In this document: one piece after another, positions 39,883-51,020 of the stretch
How the letters are laid out: each line of letters starts with the position of its first letter
Position numbering within the stretch: the stretch's first letter is position 1
Source: a virus
IMG/VR virus record: IMGVR_UViG_3300042923_000619
Location: 32,001-96,000 of that record
DNA length: 64,000 nt
Strand: one strand, 5' to 3'
Translations under genes and position numbers: made by a program
The notes under the pieces: generated by a model
Seen by the model: the letters and a program-made list of their open reading frames with translations, nothing else
Told to the model about the DNA's origin: nothing
The model's database searches: none

Positions 39883-41139
39883 TCACGCCCCTTTTAGGTT
39901 AATGATTTGTGTTAATATTACTGTTCCATTAGCTTTATCTGTTATAGTTAATGTAAATGACATTGTCGTTGAAATATTAACATTTCTAATTTGTAATTCA
40001 GTATTAGATTTCTTAACTATAGTTATATTACCTTTTGACAATAAGTTTGTACCAGTTGTATCAAGACTATAATCAATAACTAATGTATTATCTATAATAC
40101 CATTTATGTATCTAGTTGATACCAAACTCGAGCCTTCTTTTATCCTATAAGTATATCCATTACTTGTAGTGACTTTATAATCAATCTTATCAGCAACAAC
40201 CGATTTAACCTCAAAATTAATAACAAAATCCTTACTTTTTTCACCACTAGGTATACTCAATGTAATAGAACCTATTCCAATATCTAATCCTTTTATAGAT
40301 ATTACACCTTTGTTGTTATCAACTTGAATTAAATTGCTAGTATTTTTAACAGTAACTAAAGAATAGTCAAACTCATTGCCTGTTTCGTCTTTTATACTGT
40401 AAACCAAATTAATAGATTTATCTTTTTCTAAATCAATACTAGGTGGCATATTATATGTATAAGTATGTTTATTTGCATATAATCCAGCAATTTCATGTGA
40501 CCTATCATCTATTTCATCATTTATACTGTCTTGTCCAAGTAATAAATTCAGTAATCCACCATCAGACACTCTATCAGTTTGAGTGACTTTCCACGCTCCA
40601 TCATTGAATATAAATCTTTGTCCTATTGCTATATTTTTAGTCATATCATTATAAGGTAGCTTTACTTGAAAACGTGAATCTGATTCTGATATCCCACTAA
40701 CCAAAACTTCCATCCCTAGAGTGTATTTAGTTTGATTTATAACAATTGCTTGTGTACTATATAAATTGTTTTTATACATCCATTTTAGCAATTGATTACA
40801 TTTTGTTGAGTCTGCTCTTGGTGAAATTAGATTAGTTTCCACTGCCAAAACTAAATATGTAATATTAGGATATACAATATAATCTCCTACACCTATATTT
40901 GTATCAGGTCTTACATATATTTTCTTTTCTAATGGATTGTTTTCATTATTTACCAATCTTGTATCCAAATCTAATTCTTCATTTAAGTTATCTTTTTTCT
41001 TTAATACACCCAATTTGTATGATGGGTCATCTTTAAAACTACTATTAAATATATTTTTTGAATTATTTAATCTTGACTGTGCAATATCACCATTGCTTAT
41101 CATTCTTTTTTTCCAAACATCAAAATAACTTATTGCCAT
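39883..41139 (-). CDS. Head closure/adaptor protein with Ig-like C-terminal domains
   Basis: IGVGDYIVY..YLVLAV, KCNQLLKW, IAIGQRFIFNDGAWKVT; position. Confidence 0.6.
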   Translation of the reverse strand: MAISYFDVWKKRMISNGDIAQSRLNNSKNIFNSSFKDDPSYKLGVLKKKDNLNEELDLDTRLVNNENNPLEKKIYVRPDTNIGVGDYIVYPNITYLVLAVETNLISPRADSTKCNQLLKWMYKNNLYSTQAIVINQTKYTLGMEVLVSGISESDSRFQVKLPYNDMTKNIAIGQRFIFNDGAWKVTQTDRVSDGGLLNLLLGQDSINDEIDDRSHEIAGLYANKHTYTYNMPPSIDLEKDKSINLVYSIKDETGNEFDYSLVTVKNTSNLIQVDNNKGVISIKGLDIGIGSITLSIPSGEKSKDFVINFEVKSVVADKIDYKVTTSNGYTYRIKEGSSLVSTRYINGIIDNTLVIDYSLDTTGTNLLSKGNITIVKKSNTELQIRNVNISTTMSFTLTITDKANGTVILTQIINLKGA

Positions 41140-41564
41140 ACTTTTGCCTTCTTAGGATTTTCTAATCGTTTCAAATAACCATATCTATTCATCCAATAAT
41201 GAAATTGTTTTAAACTATCATTTTTAAGTTCTATTAACTTACTTAAATGATTAGCTTGACTATACATTTGAAAATCCTTTGATGATAAGGATTGTTTTAA
41301 TAATTCAATATTATTAATTTTCGGTGATAAATAATGCACTACCATGTTATAAGATATAATATTCATTTCTAAATCTGTTAAATCTCTATTAAATTGATTA
41401 AGAACATAATCTGCTGATGTATTTTTAAATGACACACATTCAGCAAATGATGTTCTTAATAATTGTTGTAATTCAACTTCCAACTCAGTATCAGTTAAAG
41501 TTATATATTCATTTGTGCTTATTTTAGCTAAAAAATAATTATATACTTCGTCAAAGGTTGTCAT
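41130..41564 (-). CDS. Head-tail connector protein
   Basis: MTTFDEVYNYFLAKI...SSKDFQMYSQANHL; position after capsid. Confidence 0.6.
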   Translation of the reverse strand: MTTFDEVYNYFLAKISTNEYITLTDTELEVELQQLLRTSFAECVSFKNTSADYVLNQFNRDLTDLEMNIISYNMVVHYLSPKINNIELLKQSLSSKDFQMYSQANHLSKLIELKNDSLKQFHYWMNRYGYLKRLENPKKAKVWQ

Positions 41565-41595
41565 TTAAAAACACTACCTCTCTATATTAATTTGT

Positions 41596-42309
41596 TTAGA
41601 TATTCTTTAAGTCAATATGTAAAATTTCACTTAAATCATCAATTGTACTTAAATTATTTAATTCTCTAGTTTTTACCTTTTTAAATATTTCATTTCTGAA
41701 ATTATTTTTATATTGTGAAGGTAACTCATTAAAGATTCTTGAAATATCATCTTTATTTAAAGTTATTAATTCATCAACATTTTCTACTTGTTTTATTAAG
41801 TCATATGTTCTTTTAAGTCCTAATGCTTCAATTACTCTATCATCTTCTACTACTAACCAAGGTGTATGTAAAAATCTTTTGCTTGCGTTTTCCATACCTA
41901 TAATTTCACTTATAGGTAATGGTTCAACATCTCCTTTTACTAGCCAATTGTATTCAATTTTTGTTTTTGGAGATAAGAAAGTTACATTATCAACTGCACT
42001 TTTTACAACTACAACTTCATCATTTATATTAGCCAACATAGCCTTAGTAAATTTAGCATTGCTATTTACTTTTTTATCTTTAATTACATTTTTTTCTTCA
42101 GAAGCTTGATTATTATTTTTCATTTGTTGAAATTGTTCAAACACAGCAAACATTTTTGCCATATTTTCAGGAGTAAACATATCATTTGACTCTGTTTTAT
42201 TATCTATTTTTACTTCTTTTTCTTTTACTGTACTTTCTACTTTTTCTTCATTATTAACTTTTTTTGGTCTTCCTGCCATAATATCATTTCCTTTCATATT
42301 TGAATTCAT
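41596..42309 (-). CDS. Hypothetical head-module protein (start probably 42279)
   Basis: MAGRPKK N-terminus with RBS GAAAGGA; position like SPbeta yonA. Confidence 0.6.
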   Translation of the reverse strand: MNSNMKGNDIMAGRPKKVNNEEKVESTVKEKEVKIDNKTESNDMFTPENMAKMFAVFEQFQQMKNNNQASEEKNVIKDKKVNSNAKFTKAMLANINDEVVVVKSAVDNVTFLSPKTKIEYNWLVKGDVEPLPISEIIGMENASKRFLHTPWLVVEDDRVIEALGLKRTYDLIKQVENVDELITLNKDDISRIFNELPSQYKNNFRNEIFKKVKTRELNNLSTIDDLSEILHIDLKNI

Positions 42310-42326
42310 ATTAGATTTAATTAAAC

Positions 42327-42503
42327 TTAGCTAAATTTAATATTATTTAATTTATTAATTTTATCATATAAAATATCACTTGCTTCAAAACTATATATTG
42401 TCTCATTATTTTCATTTTGAAATTTATAAAAATTTTGATTAGTTATATATTGAATTGCATAAGCAAATGTTTTAGATTTTGTTGTAAAATACTTATTATT
42501 CAT
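42327..42503 (-). CDS. Small 58-aa hypothetical protein
   Basis: MNNKYFTTKSKTFAYAIQYITNQNFYKF...TIYSFE...; RBS GAGGTG; not in ORF track. Confidence 0.6.
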   Translation of the reverse strand: MNNKYFTTKSKTFAYAIQYITNQNFYKFQNENNETIYSFEASDILYDKINKLNNIKFS

Positions 42504-42521
42504 AAAAACACCTCATATAAT

Positions 42522-42556
42522 AGTAAAAATAGGAAGACTAAATGTCCTCCTATTTT
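42522..42556 (-). terminator. Rho-independent terminator after major capsid gene
   Basis: AAAATAGGAGGAC/GTCTTCCTATTTT stem. Confidence 0.7.
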
Positions 42557-42562
42557 AATTTG

Positions 42563-43582
42563 TTATGCTAATTCAATATATCCAATAAGATCTGAATATG
42601 CAACAGCACTTCCAGCTCTAAATTGTAAAGTATATTCAGTAGTTCTGTCAGCATTTGTAGTTCCATCAGCTATTTCATTAACCTCAGTTTCTCCTTCAAG
42701 ACAAATCTTAACAAGTTTATCTCCACCTACTAAAGCATATAATTTATTATTATCCATAGTGAAATCAAATCCACCAATTTTATGACCTTGTGCGATTTCC
42801 ATACAAGGATATCCATTCCATACAGTTAAATAACCTTGTCTATTCTTTTCATCTGCCATATTATCAGACACTTGAATAGTAGATTTATTTTGTAATTTAG
42901 CTAAGCCTACTGAAGTTCCAACAATTGTTGGCTTTATAGTACTTGAAGCTTGTACATGTTGTAAAACTTCAAGGATTTTAGCTTCATTATAAGAACCTGT
43001 AGCTGTAAATTCTGCTGGTAAGTTATTTATAGCTGTTGCAAATGTTGTTTGTGCAATATCAGCTAATTTTCTTTCTACAGCATCAATTATGAAAGATACT
43101 AATTTAGCAAAATCTGCTCTACCAGACATTATTCTTTCAATTTCTTCATAAACTTTAATTCCAAAATTTCTCATTTCCAAACTAAAGCTTTGTCCAACAT
43201 CTACACGTCTTCTCTTTAAATCCCAATGTGAACCTGAGAATTCAGATACTTCTAATTGATTTTTTACATCAACATAGAATTCATTTTTATCTCCTAATGC
43301 TAGATTTTTAATTTCAACAAATTGATTAAAGAAAGTATTTCTTTGATATTCTCCATCAACCATTACTTGGTCAGCAATATCTTCTATAATAGAGAATACT
43401 TTTGCTTTATTTTCTCTAAAAGCTTTTCTAAAAGTGTTCTTTTCAAATGTTTCTAATCCAAGAACCCCTAAAAATTCTTTTCTGATAGCTTCCTCTCTTA
43501 CTGATTTATCCATTGTTGCATATTTTGTAGGGATACTTCCCTTATATGAATCATAAATTAATTGTGAAACTGTATTATTCAT
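42563..43582 (-). CDS. Major capsid protein
   Basis: 339 aa after scaffold/decoration genes; FNQFVEIKNLALGDKNEFYV; strong terminator downstream. Confidence 0.8.
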   Translation of the reverse strand: MNNTVSQLIYDSYKGSIPTKYATMDKSVREEAIRKEFLGVLGLETFEKNTFRKAFRENKAKVFSIIEDIADQVMVDGEYQRNTFFNQFVEIKNLALGDKNEFYVDVKNQLEVSEFSGSHWDLKRRRVDVGQSFSLEMRNFGIKVYEEIERIMSGRADFAKLVSFIIDAVERKLADIAQTTFATAINNLPAEFTATGSYNEAKILEVLQHVQASSTIKPTIVGTSVGLAKLQNKSTIQVSDNMADEKNRQGYLTVWNGYPCMEIAQGHKIGGFDFTMDNNKLYALVGGDKLVKICLEGETEVNEIADGTTNADRTTEYTLQFRAGSAVAYSDLIGYIELA

Positions 43583-43610
43583 TTATATAATCCTCCTTCT
43601 ATCTAGTAAA

Positions 43611-44186
43611 TTAAGCAAATATTACTTCAACATCAATATTTTTATAAGCTTGTGGGAATAGTTGTCCATTTCCTGCTACAAATACTGGTGTATAAGCGTT
43701 TTCTACTTTTAATACTTTAAAATAAACTTTATTAGCTGTTGATACAGGTGCTGTTGCAGAATACTTTAATTGAGTCCCTGCGACTAAGTTTGCTTGTAAT
43801 GCAAACATATCTCCTACTGCTATTGCAGAACCTTTGCTTGCCATATCAAAATAATCTTCTGATAAAGTTATCACATCATATTGTTCTAATGGAAAAGTTC
43901 TTAATACCTTTCCTGTTCTATTTCTATAAATACCTAATGCAGAATCAGTTGTAACTTCTTGTCTATAATTTATTTCTGGATTATGTATTAATACTGGTAC
44001 TTGTGTTTTAATTAAGTCAGCAGTTGGAGTTAATAATTCTCTAACTTCCTCACTTACATAAGAACCCATAAATCCAAAAATACCATTAGGTAATTCTGTA
44101 TCTACTGATGGTTTTGTAGAATATAATCTTCCCCCTGCATTTGAATTTTTAATAAAAGTTGTATCACATCTGAAATAATTTGCCAT
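43611..44186 (-). CDS. Capsid decoration/cement-like protein
   Basis: ELPNGIFG...VLIHNPEINY; position between scaffold and MCP. Confidence 0.55.
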   Translation of the reverse strand: MANYFRCDTTFIKNSNAGGRLYSTKPSVDTELPNGIFGFMGSYVSEEVRELLTPTADLIKTQVPVLIHNPEINYRQEVTTDSALGIYRNRTGKVLRTFPLEQYDVITLSEDYFDMASKGSAIAVGDMFALQANLVAGTQLKYSATAPVSTANKVYFKVLKVENAYTPVFVAGNGQLFPQAYKNIDVEVIFA

Positions 44187-44217
44187 TGTTAAATTCCTCC
44201 TCTAATTATCTATTAAT

Positions 44218-45783
44218 TTATTTTGTATATTTTTCTAAAACATCCCAAGCTCCTGTATATCCACTATTATTTGATTTTCCTTCTATTGGTAGATTTACTG
44301 GTGATTGTTCGTTTGTTCTTGTAAACTTTTGTTTTTTGCCAACAACAATGTTGTTATCAAAAGCAAAAACTTTTAATTTTGTTTCTAATTCATCAAGAGT
44401 ATAATTAAATTTATCTTTAATTAATTCATCATAACCCTCAACTTTTTCTAATTCAGTAAATTTAGCTAATACTTCATTTACTTGTGCTTCTTTAAACTCT
44501 TGTTCTTTGTCTGCTTTAAATTGTCTTAAATCCTTAACTTCTTCATCTAAAGAAAATTTATCTGATTGTAAAGTTGTATAATCAGATTTTACTTTATCTA
44601 ATTCACCTTCAATAACTTTAAACTCTCCAACCTTTGTATTTAATTCAGTTTCTAAAGTTTTATATTCTTCTGTTTCTTTAGCATTGAAAGAATCCTTTGT
44701 TTTATTAATTTGTGTAGTAGCTTGTTCTACGATATCATTTGCAAACATTTCAATTGGATTTGATGGTTCAGATTGTCCATCTTCAAATGGTCTCCAATCA
44801 CCAACTACATATCTTTTAGCATTTTCATAATCTAATGTAACTTTATCACCACTCATAAAATATGGAACACCATAATTTTTATAGTCTTCTCTACTCCACA
44901 AAACAGCTATATTATCAGCTATTACAACATCTTCTAACCAATATTTTTGAGTTTCATAACTTTCACCATCCCAATATTGTTTAATTATTGTTTCTGTAGA
45001 TATAGATTCATTTATGAATTGGTTTAATTGATTTTGACTTAAAGCAAATAATTGTTTTTCTAATTCTTCATCTGAAAGTTCTGAATTATCAATTATTACT
45101 TTATATCCTTCTACTTTTTCATTTAAAGTAGAAAATTTTGAAATTATTTCTTCTCTTTTCACTTTCTTACCTCCTTCTGTAGATACATTACCTACTATTT
45201 CATTTGCTTTATTTATAATTGCACTGAATTTAGTTGCAAATGATTCACTATCTGTTTTACTAAATAACTCAATTGTTGCATTTTCACCCATTGCAGGTTG
45301 CCATGCATCACCCAAGATAGTAATACATAATAAATTAAATCTCTTTATGTGAAAGAAATTATCTTTACCCTTGAAACCTTCTAATACTTCTATTTCCATA
45401 GAAATCTTTTTACCATCTTTAAGTAATTGATAAGCTTCAGGGCAATATTCTTTGAATACTATTCCATCTGTTACTGCCCATTTTAATTCATCAATTTCTT
45501 CTATTGAGTAATTATTTGTTTCAGGTATTACTCCAACTGGCTTTTCTTCTTCATTATGTTCTTTAAAATCTTCAATTTCATTTTCATCATTATATTGATA
45601 AGCACAACATAATGGTTTATTTTTAAAAGACTCTTGACTATTTTCAAGACTTTCATCTTCAAAAAATGAACCATTTGGATTATAAGAATTATGAAATACA
45701 TTAATCCTTACTCTTGCTATATCATTATCTAATTCAGAAAATGTGTATTTTTCAATAGGGATTGAAATTACTGTCTTACTCAT
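44218..45783 (-). CDS. Prohead protease/scaffold fusion
   Basis: HNSYNPNGSFF, KPLCCAY, ISMEI, CITILG..PAM protease-like N-terminus; acidic coiled-coil C-terminus. Confidence 0.7.
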   Translation of the reverse strand: MSKTVISIPIEKYTFSELDNDIARVRINVFHNSYNPNGSFFEDESLENSQESFKNKPLCCAYQYNDENEIEDFKEHNEEEKPVGVIPETNNYSIEEIDELKWAVTDGIVFKEYCPEAYQLLKDGKKISMEIEVLEGFKGKDNFFHIKRFNLLCITILGDAWQPAMGENATIELFSKTDSESFATKFSAIINKANEIVGNVSTEGGKKVKREEIISKFSTLNEKVEGYKVIIDNSELSDEELEKQLFALSQNQLNQFINESISTETIIKQYWDGESYETQKYWLEDVVIADNIAVLWSREDYKNYGVPYFMSGDKVTLDYENAKRYVVGDWRPFEDGQSEPSNPIEMFANDIVEQATTQINKTKDSFNAKETEEYKTLETELNTKVGEFKVIEGELDKVKSDYTTLQSDKFSLDEEVKDLRQFKADKEQEFKEAQVNEVLAKFTELEKVEGYDELIKDKFNYTLDELETKLKVFAFDNNIVVGKKQKFTRTNEQSPVNLPIEGKSNNSGYTGAWDVLEKYTK

Positions 45784-45801
45784 TTATTTCACCTCCCTTC
45801 A

Positions 45802-45978
45802 TTAGCAATACATTTTATTACTAAATTCTAAATTATCATTAGTAAAATTTATTTTATTTCCATTATTCATGAATAAAAATGCTTTTTTACCTTTATAAGT
45901 TGTTTCATTCATAAAATCATATCCATTGTTAATTAATTTATCTTTTGTAATATCATCATAACAATATATAAAATTCAA
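45802..45978 (-). CDS. Small 58-aa hypothetical protein (TTG start)
   Basis: MNFIYCYDDITKDKLINNGYDFMNE...AFLFMNN...; RBS GAAGGTG; not in ORF track. Confidence 0.6.
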   Translation of the reverse strand: MNFIYCYDDITKDKLINNGYDFMNETTYKGKKAFLFMNNGNKINFTNDNLEFSNKMYC

Positions 45979-45991
45979 TTAATCACCTTCT

Positions 45992-47524
45992 TTATCGTTT
46001 ATTATTTGAATCATTATTATTAGTTTGGTCTCCGGAATTACTTAAACCATCAGTAGATTTTGGTTTACCAGCTTTCTTTGTCGTGTCCCCAGCAGTTGTA
46101 TTTGATGACATTAATGGTTTCCATTTAGTTGATACTTCAAATACAACTTCTTGCATATCAGCTAAATCATTTATATCACTGATTTCAAACCCTAATAGTA
46201 ATGGTAAAACAATTGCTACAGGTATGCTAAATTGTGCTTGTTGTATATAATATCCAATCATTTTTTCTAAATTGAACCAAGTTATATTTAACATTTCAAA
46301 CTTGAAGTTGTTTTTAAATTGTTGTTTGAATTTAAATCCCCAATACTTTTCCAGTTGTCTATATAGTGGAAATAGTATTTGCTCATCAACCCTAATAGAA
46401 TAATCTAATGTACCACTATTATTATTATCTACTCCAAAAATACTTTCAGCAAAACCTGTTGCATTCCAAACATTTTTTACTGCGTTTGCAACATTATCTA
46501 TTTTATTATCTCCTGATGTTGACGCTTTAACTGGAATAATATCTGTTGCTGTTGTAAAGTAACCCATATATGGTGGTAATGATACGTCTAACTGTTCAGT
46601 AGTAGCGTCTATCATGTCATTACTTATTGCATAAGCATCTTCATTCTCTGTTTTTGATAAAAATGGTATTTTTAATCCAATTAAAGTATAATTTTCAGCA
46701 GTAACTTTAGCTTTGTTTAAACTTTGAAATTCTTCTAAATCATACAATGCACTAAATATATTTACATAAGGTGGCACACTATAATTTAAATTGGTTAAAT
46801 CATATTTAATTGTTATGGTGTTTTCTACAGGTAAAGGTTGCCAATTTGTCCCTAAATGATTAAAAGGTTTAATATTTTTCTTATAATCATTAAATAATTT
46901 AGTAAATATTTTCGGATAAGAATTCTCTAAAACATACTCATTTCCATTAAAATATGAAAAATCAAATGCTATTCCTAAACCAATTTCACCTTCAGAAACT
47001 ATTTTACATAAAGAGGGTTCTAGTTTTTTAATATATGTAGAATACATTCCTTCCACTTCTATTCCATAGAAAATACCATATTTAAATACGTCTTTTAATA
47101 TCTTCATAGATGTACTTTTAACATCTAAAGTATCATAATAATCACACATTCTATCATAGTCAGATTTTATTTTCTTATCTTTTCCTCGATATTGTCTCAT
47201 ATTTTGTTTTACAAAAGGTGTAATCAAAGCCATATTAGGAATGTACTCAATCAATCTACAAAATTGAGGTGAAATAGTACATAAATAATCTATTACTTCC
47301 CTTAATTTATTTTCATAAGTAGAAGGTTTCTCTAAATACATTCTTATAGTATCTTTATCATATTTTTTCATCATTTTATTCTTTTGACTTGTTGTTACTA
47401 CACCATCTAAAGGAATATTTGTCATCGCTTTAGCATACTTCAAAATCTGATTTCTTTTTTCTTGTATTTCTTGTGCTTTTAATTTTACTTGATTTTCATT
47501 TATATCCACTTTTTCACCTCCCAT
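45992..47524 (-). CDS. Portal protein
   Basis: 510 aa directly after terminase; C-terminal KAGKPKSTD..LS pattern of SPbeta-like portals. Confidence 0.8.
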   Translation of the reverse strand: MGGEKVDINENQVKLKAQEIQEKRNQILKYAKAMTNIPLDGVVTTSQKNKMMKKYDKDTIRMYLEKPSTYENKLREVIDYLCTISPQFCRLIEYIPNMALITPFVKQNMRQYRGKDKKIKSDYDRMCDYYDTLDVKSTSMKILKDVFKYGIFYGIEVEGMYSTYIKKLEPSLCKIVSEGEIGLGIAFDFSYFNGNEYVLENSYPKIFTKLFNDYKKNIKPFNHLGTNWQPLPVENTITIKYDLTNLNYSVPPYVNIFSALYDLEEFQSLNKAKVTAENYTLIGLKIPFLSKTENEDAYAISNDMIDATTEQLDVSLPPYMGYFTTATDIIPVKASTSGDNKIDNVANAVKNVWNATGFAESIFGVDNNNSGTLDYSIRVDEQILFPLYRQLEKYWGFKFKQQFKNNFKFEMLNITWFNLEKMIGYYIQQAQFSIPVAIVLPLLLGFEISDINDLADMQEVVFEVSTKWKPLMSSNTTAGDTTKKAGKPKSTDGLSNSGDQTNNNDSNNKR

Positions 47525-47542
47525 TTATAAATTAATTTATTT

Positions 47543-49354
47543 TTAGTAATGCGTTTTAGGTTGTCTAAACTTACATGCCCTTCTTGGGTCAAAATTTGAT
47601 TTTTTATCTGGTCTTAATTTAGATTCTAATTCTTTAGCAATATAAACAGCATAACCTAAACTTGAATATCTATCTTTTCTTTTTGTAGATGGTTCTTTTA
47701 ATTTGATTAAATTGTTTTCAGTATCTACTTTTTCAAGATTTATCATTTCATTTATAAGAAAAGTAGTTTGAACATATGGTAATTGGAAATTAACTTGCTC
47801 TTCTTGAGGTAATTCATTATACCCCTTTATATTTGATAGTACTTCTTTGGCTTCATTTTCATTTACCAACATTCTTAATTTACCTCTTTTTAAATCATCT
47901 CTAACATAAATATGCATATCATTATTTAATCTTGCATCTGCTTTTATACTATAAATAACCTTTGGAGCATTTTCAACAAAGCATCTTTTTGCCATCTCTT
48001 CATCATTTGCACAACTTAAAGCTTCGTAATCACAATCAAGTTCTTTATCATATAAATTAGTTACTAAATTATCATATACTCCTAAACCGAAGGATTGGCA
48101 ATCTAGTACAATATAATCACAATTAAATTCTTCATATAATCTTCTTATTTTTATAGCTTGAATTTGAGAATGTCCTCCTTCATAACTTTCCATATAACAA
48201 ACATATTTATCATATGAATTTTTATTTTTACTTGGAATTAACCTTAATATAGTAAAAACTGAAGCATCATTATTATTTTTTGTTGAACTCATACCTGAAA
48301 TATCACAAGAAACTAATCGTATTTCCCCTTCTTCTTTTTCGGTAAATTTAAAATCTTTATTTCTTAATATATTATAAAATGATTTTGGATATACTGCTTT
48401 AGGCAATACTCTATTTTTTTCTAAATCAGCAAACTTAAAGAATGCTTTTTCAGATTCACCAAAGAACATTGCTTCCATTTCCATCATCCAAGAAATTTCG
48501 TTAAAATCACTTTCTGACATTTCATCTTCTACTTGCTCCCTCATTAATAGTCCTTCTTTTATAGCTAATTGATAAGGTAAACTACATACAAAATATGATT
48601 TACCATCTGTCATAGCATTAAAGAAAGAATTAACTTTATCCCAAGACCAATCATGTTTATACCAAGCCGAACTCAAATATAATTCTTTATTTCTTTCTTG
48701 CATATGTTTATATTCTGGTTTTTCTAAATATTTAGGTTGCCTAGGTGCAGTTAAAAACTTTCTAATAACACCATCTACAATAGCTTTATCAACCATACGA
48801 TATTCATCCACGACCGCAACATTTGCCCTCTTTGACCTTGCTCCTTGATTACTAGCAACAGCCCTTATCCATGACCCATTTTTGAAGGTTACACGAGCAT
48901 CATTAGTTCCAGTTTTTATTTCGTCTATTTCCCTTGCAAGATTTGGAGAATTATTTTTTAAGTCCAAAATTTTTTCTATGACTTCTATACTTTGAGATTT
49001 ATTACCTGCACAAAGTATTATTTTTGATTCTGGAAATAATATTGCTCTAACACAACAGAATATTCCTGTTAAAAATGACTTACCTTGTCCTCTCGAAGCT
49101 ATGTATAGGAAGTAGTTAAAGTGCATCATAAAATATATTAATATCATCTGAAATGGTTTTAGGGAAATTCCTAAATATTCCTTTACAAAAATATGTGGAA
49201 ACAATCTATACCAAGACGTCCATATTCCAATTCCATTCATTAATTTATCTGATTTTGATGTATTTTCCATATTTTTATTTAAATTTCTTTTTTGTTTAAA
49301 AATATCGTTTTTCTTTTGTTGGTTTAATTTATTAAAATTAGAATGTGAAGACAT
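47543..49354 (-). CDS. terL: Terminase large subunit
   Basis: Walker A ASRGQGKS, Walker B VAVVDE, nuclease DISG and KDRYSS. Confidence 0.92.
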   Translation of the reverse strand: MSSHSNFNKLNQQKKNDIFKQKRNLNKNMENTSKSDKLMNGIGIWTSWYRLFPHIFVKEYLGISLKPFQMILIYFMMHFNYFLYIASRGQGKSFLTGIFCCVRAILFPESKIILCAGNKSQSIEVIEKILDLKNNSPNLAREIDEIKTGTNDARVTFKNGSWIRAVASNQGARSKRANVAVVDEYRMVDKAIVDGVIRKFLTAPRQPKYLEKPEYKHMQERNKELYLSSAWYKHDWSWDKVNSFFNAMTDGKSYFVCSLPYQLAIKEGLLMREQVEDEMSESDFNEISWMMEMEAMFFGESEKAFFKFADLEKNRVLPKAVYPKSFYNILRNKDFKFTEKEEGEIRLVSCDISGMSSTKNNNDASVFTILRLIPSKNKNSYDKYVCYMESYEGGHSQIQAIKIRRLYEEFNCDYIVLDCQSFGLGVYDNLVTNLYDKELDCDYEALSCANDEEMAKRCFVENAPKVIYSIKADARLNNDMHIYVRDDLKRGKLRMLVNENEAKEVLSNIKGYNELPQEEQVNFQLPYVQTTFLINEMINLEKVDTENNLIKLKEPSTKRKDRYSSLGYAVYIAKELESKLRPDKKSNFDPRRACKFRQPKTHY

Positions 49355-50253
49355 TACTCATCACACTCCTCATCTTCATCTACTTTAACTGTATATTTAT
49401 TTATTTCTTCATCATATTCTTCTTTAAACGGATTTGGTTTTCCCATCATTCTACATAAATTACCAAAGAACCAAACAACAACGTATTTCCTTATCCAATC
49501 TGCTGTCATCCATTCAGGTAATGGTTCTGGAATTGGTTTTTCATTTTCATATTTTTTTATTAATGTACCAAATGTAACTTGTTCAGAAGCCATTGAAGCA
49601 TTTTCTTGTGCTGGTTTTATATTTGCAGAACCTAGTAAATCTTGTAATGTTTTTACTTCTTTACTAACATCTTTTCCATCTTTACGTTTATTTCTAATGT
49701 CTAATGTCTGAAAAGCTATTTCTTTAAATAATATTTCTTGTGCATAAGAGTCACATTCATATCTAGCAGTAAGATTTTGAAATTCTTTTTCAAGGAAATT
49801 ATATTCACTTGTTGAAAATCCATCACCCCAAAAATCGACTATATCATGCCCTATATCTTCTGCAATTTCTTCGTCATTTTGTTTTTTATCAAATAATTCG
49901 CTATCTATAAAGGTTTTTCCACGATATTGAGGCAAAGAATTAACTTTTTGAAAATAAACAGCAAATGAATTACCATTATTCTTACTAGATTGTTCTACTG
50001 CACTATCGTATAAAGATTTTTCATAGTATACATCCAATAATTTACATAATTCATATAATCCACGAGTATCGCTATTAAATCTCTTTTTAAATTGTTCAGC
50101 TAATTCTATAACACAATCTTTACAAATGCACATTCTTGAATCGCCATTGTTCTTAAATAATTCACTATATGACTTATAGAAATTAGTGGCGTTTAATTTT
50201 TTTGTATTACCACATCTTGTACACTTTTGTTCTTCTGTTTTGCTTGTAGCCAC
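49354..50253 (-). CDS. Zn-finger protein, probable terminase small subunit
   Basis: CTRCG...FYKS, CICKDCV; immediately upstream of terL with stop/start overlap. Confidence 0.55.
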   Translation of the reverse strand: MATSKTEEQKCTRCGNTKKLNATNFYKSYSELFKNNGDSRMCICKDCVIELAEQFKKRFNSDTRGLYELCKLLDVYYEKSLYDSAVEQSSKNNGNSFAVYFQKVNSLPQYRGKTFIDSELFDKKQNDEEIAEDIGHDIVDFWGDGFSTSEYNFLEKEFQNLTARYECDSYAQEILFKEIAFQTLDIRNKRKDGKDVSKEVKTLQDLLGSANIKPAQENASMASEQVTFGTLIKKYENEKPIPEPLPEWMTADWIRKYVVVWFFGNLCRMMGKPNPFKEEYDEEINKYTVKVDEDEECDE

Positions 50254-50330
50254 TATATTTCATCTCCTTTTCTTAAATTATTTTATTATTTCAAACTACT
50301 TATCTCTGATAAATAAGCACTATAAAAATA

Positions 50331-50366
50331 ATAAAAAGGCTGGATATATTTCAATCCAGCCTTTTT
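50331..50366 (-). terminator. Rho-independent (possibly bidirectional) terminator
   Basis: AAAAAGGCTGGA/TCCAGCCTTTTT stem. Confidence 0.75.
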
Positions 50367-50394
50367 AAAAACCCAATAAAAACTAACTTTTATA

Positions 50395-50619
50395 TTAATT
50401 AATTTGTTTCTTTTGCTTCAAAGAATTAATTGCATCCATTGTTTCTTGAAGTTCTGATAGACTCTCGGTCAAAGCAAAATCATAACATTCACAAAACTTA
50501 TTTATTAATTTCTTTTTAAACAATTCATCACCTGTTATAGTCTCATTCTTAATATCAGCAAACAATTCTTCAACAAAAATCTGACCTATATTCTCATTAA
50601 CATTATCATATTTAGCCAT
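50395..50619 (-). CDS. Hypothetical protein
   Basis: 74-aa ORF with RBS GAAGGTG. Confidence 0.55.
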   Translation of the reverse strand: MAKYDNVNENIGQIFVEELFADIKNETITGDELFKKKLINKFCECYDFALTESLSELQETMDAINSLKQKKQIN

Positions 50620-50630
50620 ATAATCACCTT

Positions 50631-51011
50631 CTAAACTTGATTTTGTTCTTGAATTGTTTGTTGAATCTTTGCAGTCTTTTCATTTGAAGTACAAGTCATC
50701 TGATTTATTTGTAGATTAAACTCTATATTTCTTTCATTTACGATAATATCAATTGCAGAACTAGAATCGATTCCTACACTTCTTAAGGCAGAATATTGTC
50801 CACATAAAAATGAAATAGAATCTATCCCAGCTTGAAATTCTTGTGAATTTAATTCCAATCCTTGAACTTCGTCCACATTAATTTCTACTTTAGGAGTTAC
50901 TTGTTCTATAATGTCATATACTTCATCTTGAGTAAAATATTCTTGTTCTTGAGACTCTACTTCTTCTATTTCATCAACTTGATTTAATTCTTCTTTACAC
51001 ATAATTATCAC
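50631..51011 (-). CDS. Hypothetical acidic protein
   Basis: 126-aa ORF in operon. Confidence 0.55.
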   Translation of the reverse strand: MIIMCKEELNQVDEIEEVESQEQEYFTQDEVYDIIEQVTPKVEINVDEVQGLELNSQEFQAGIDSISFLCGQYSALRSVGIDSSSAIDIIVNERNIEFNLQINQMTCTSNEKTAKIQQTIQEQNQV

Positions 51012-51020
51012 CTATATCCT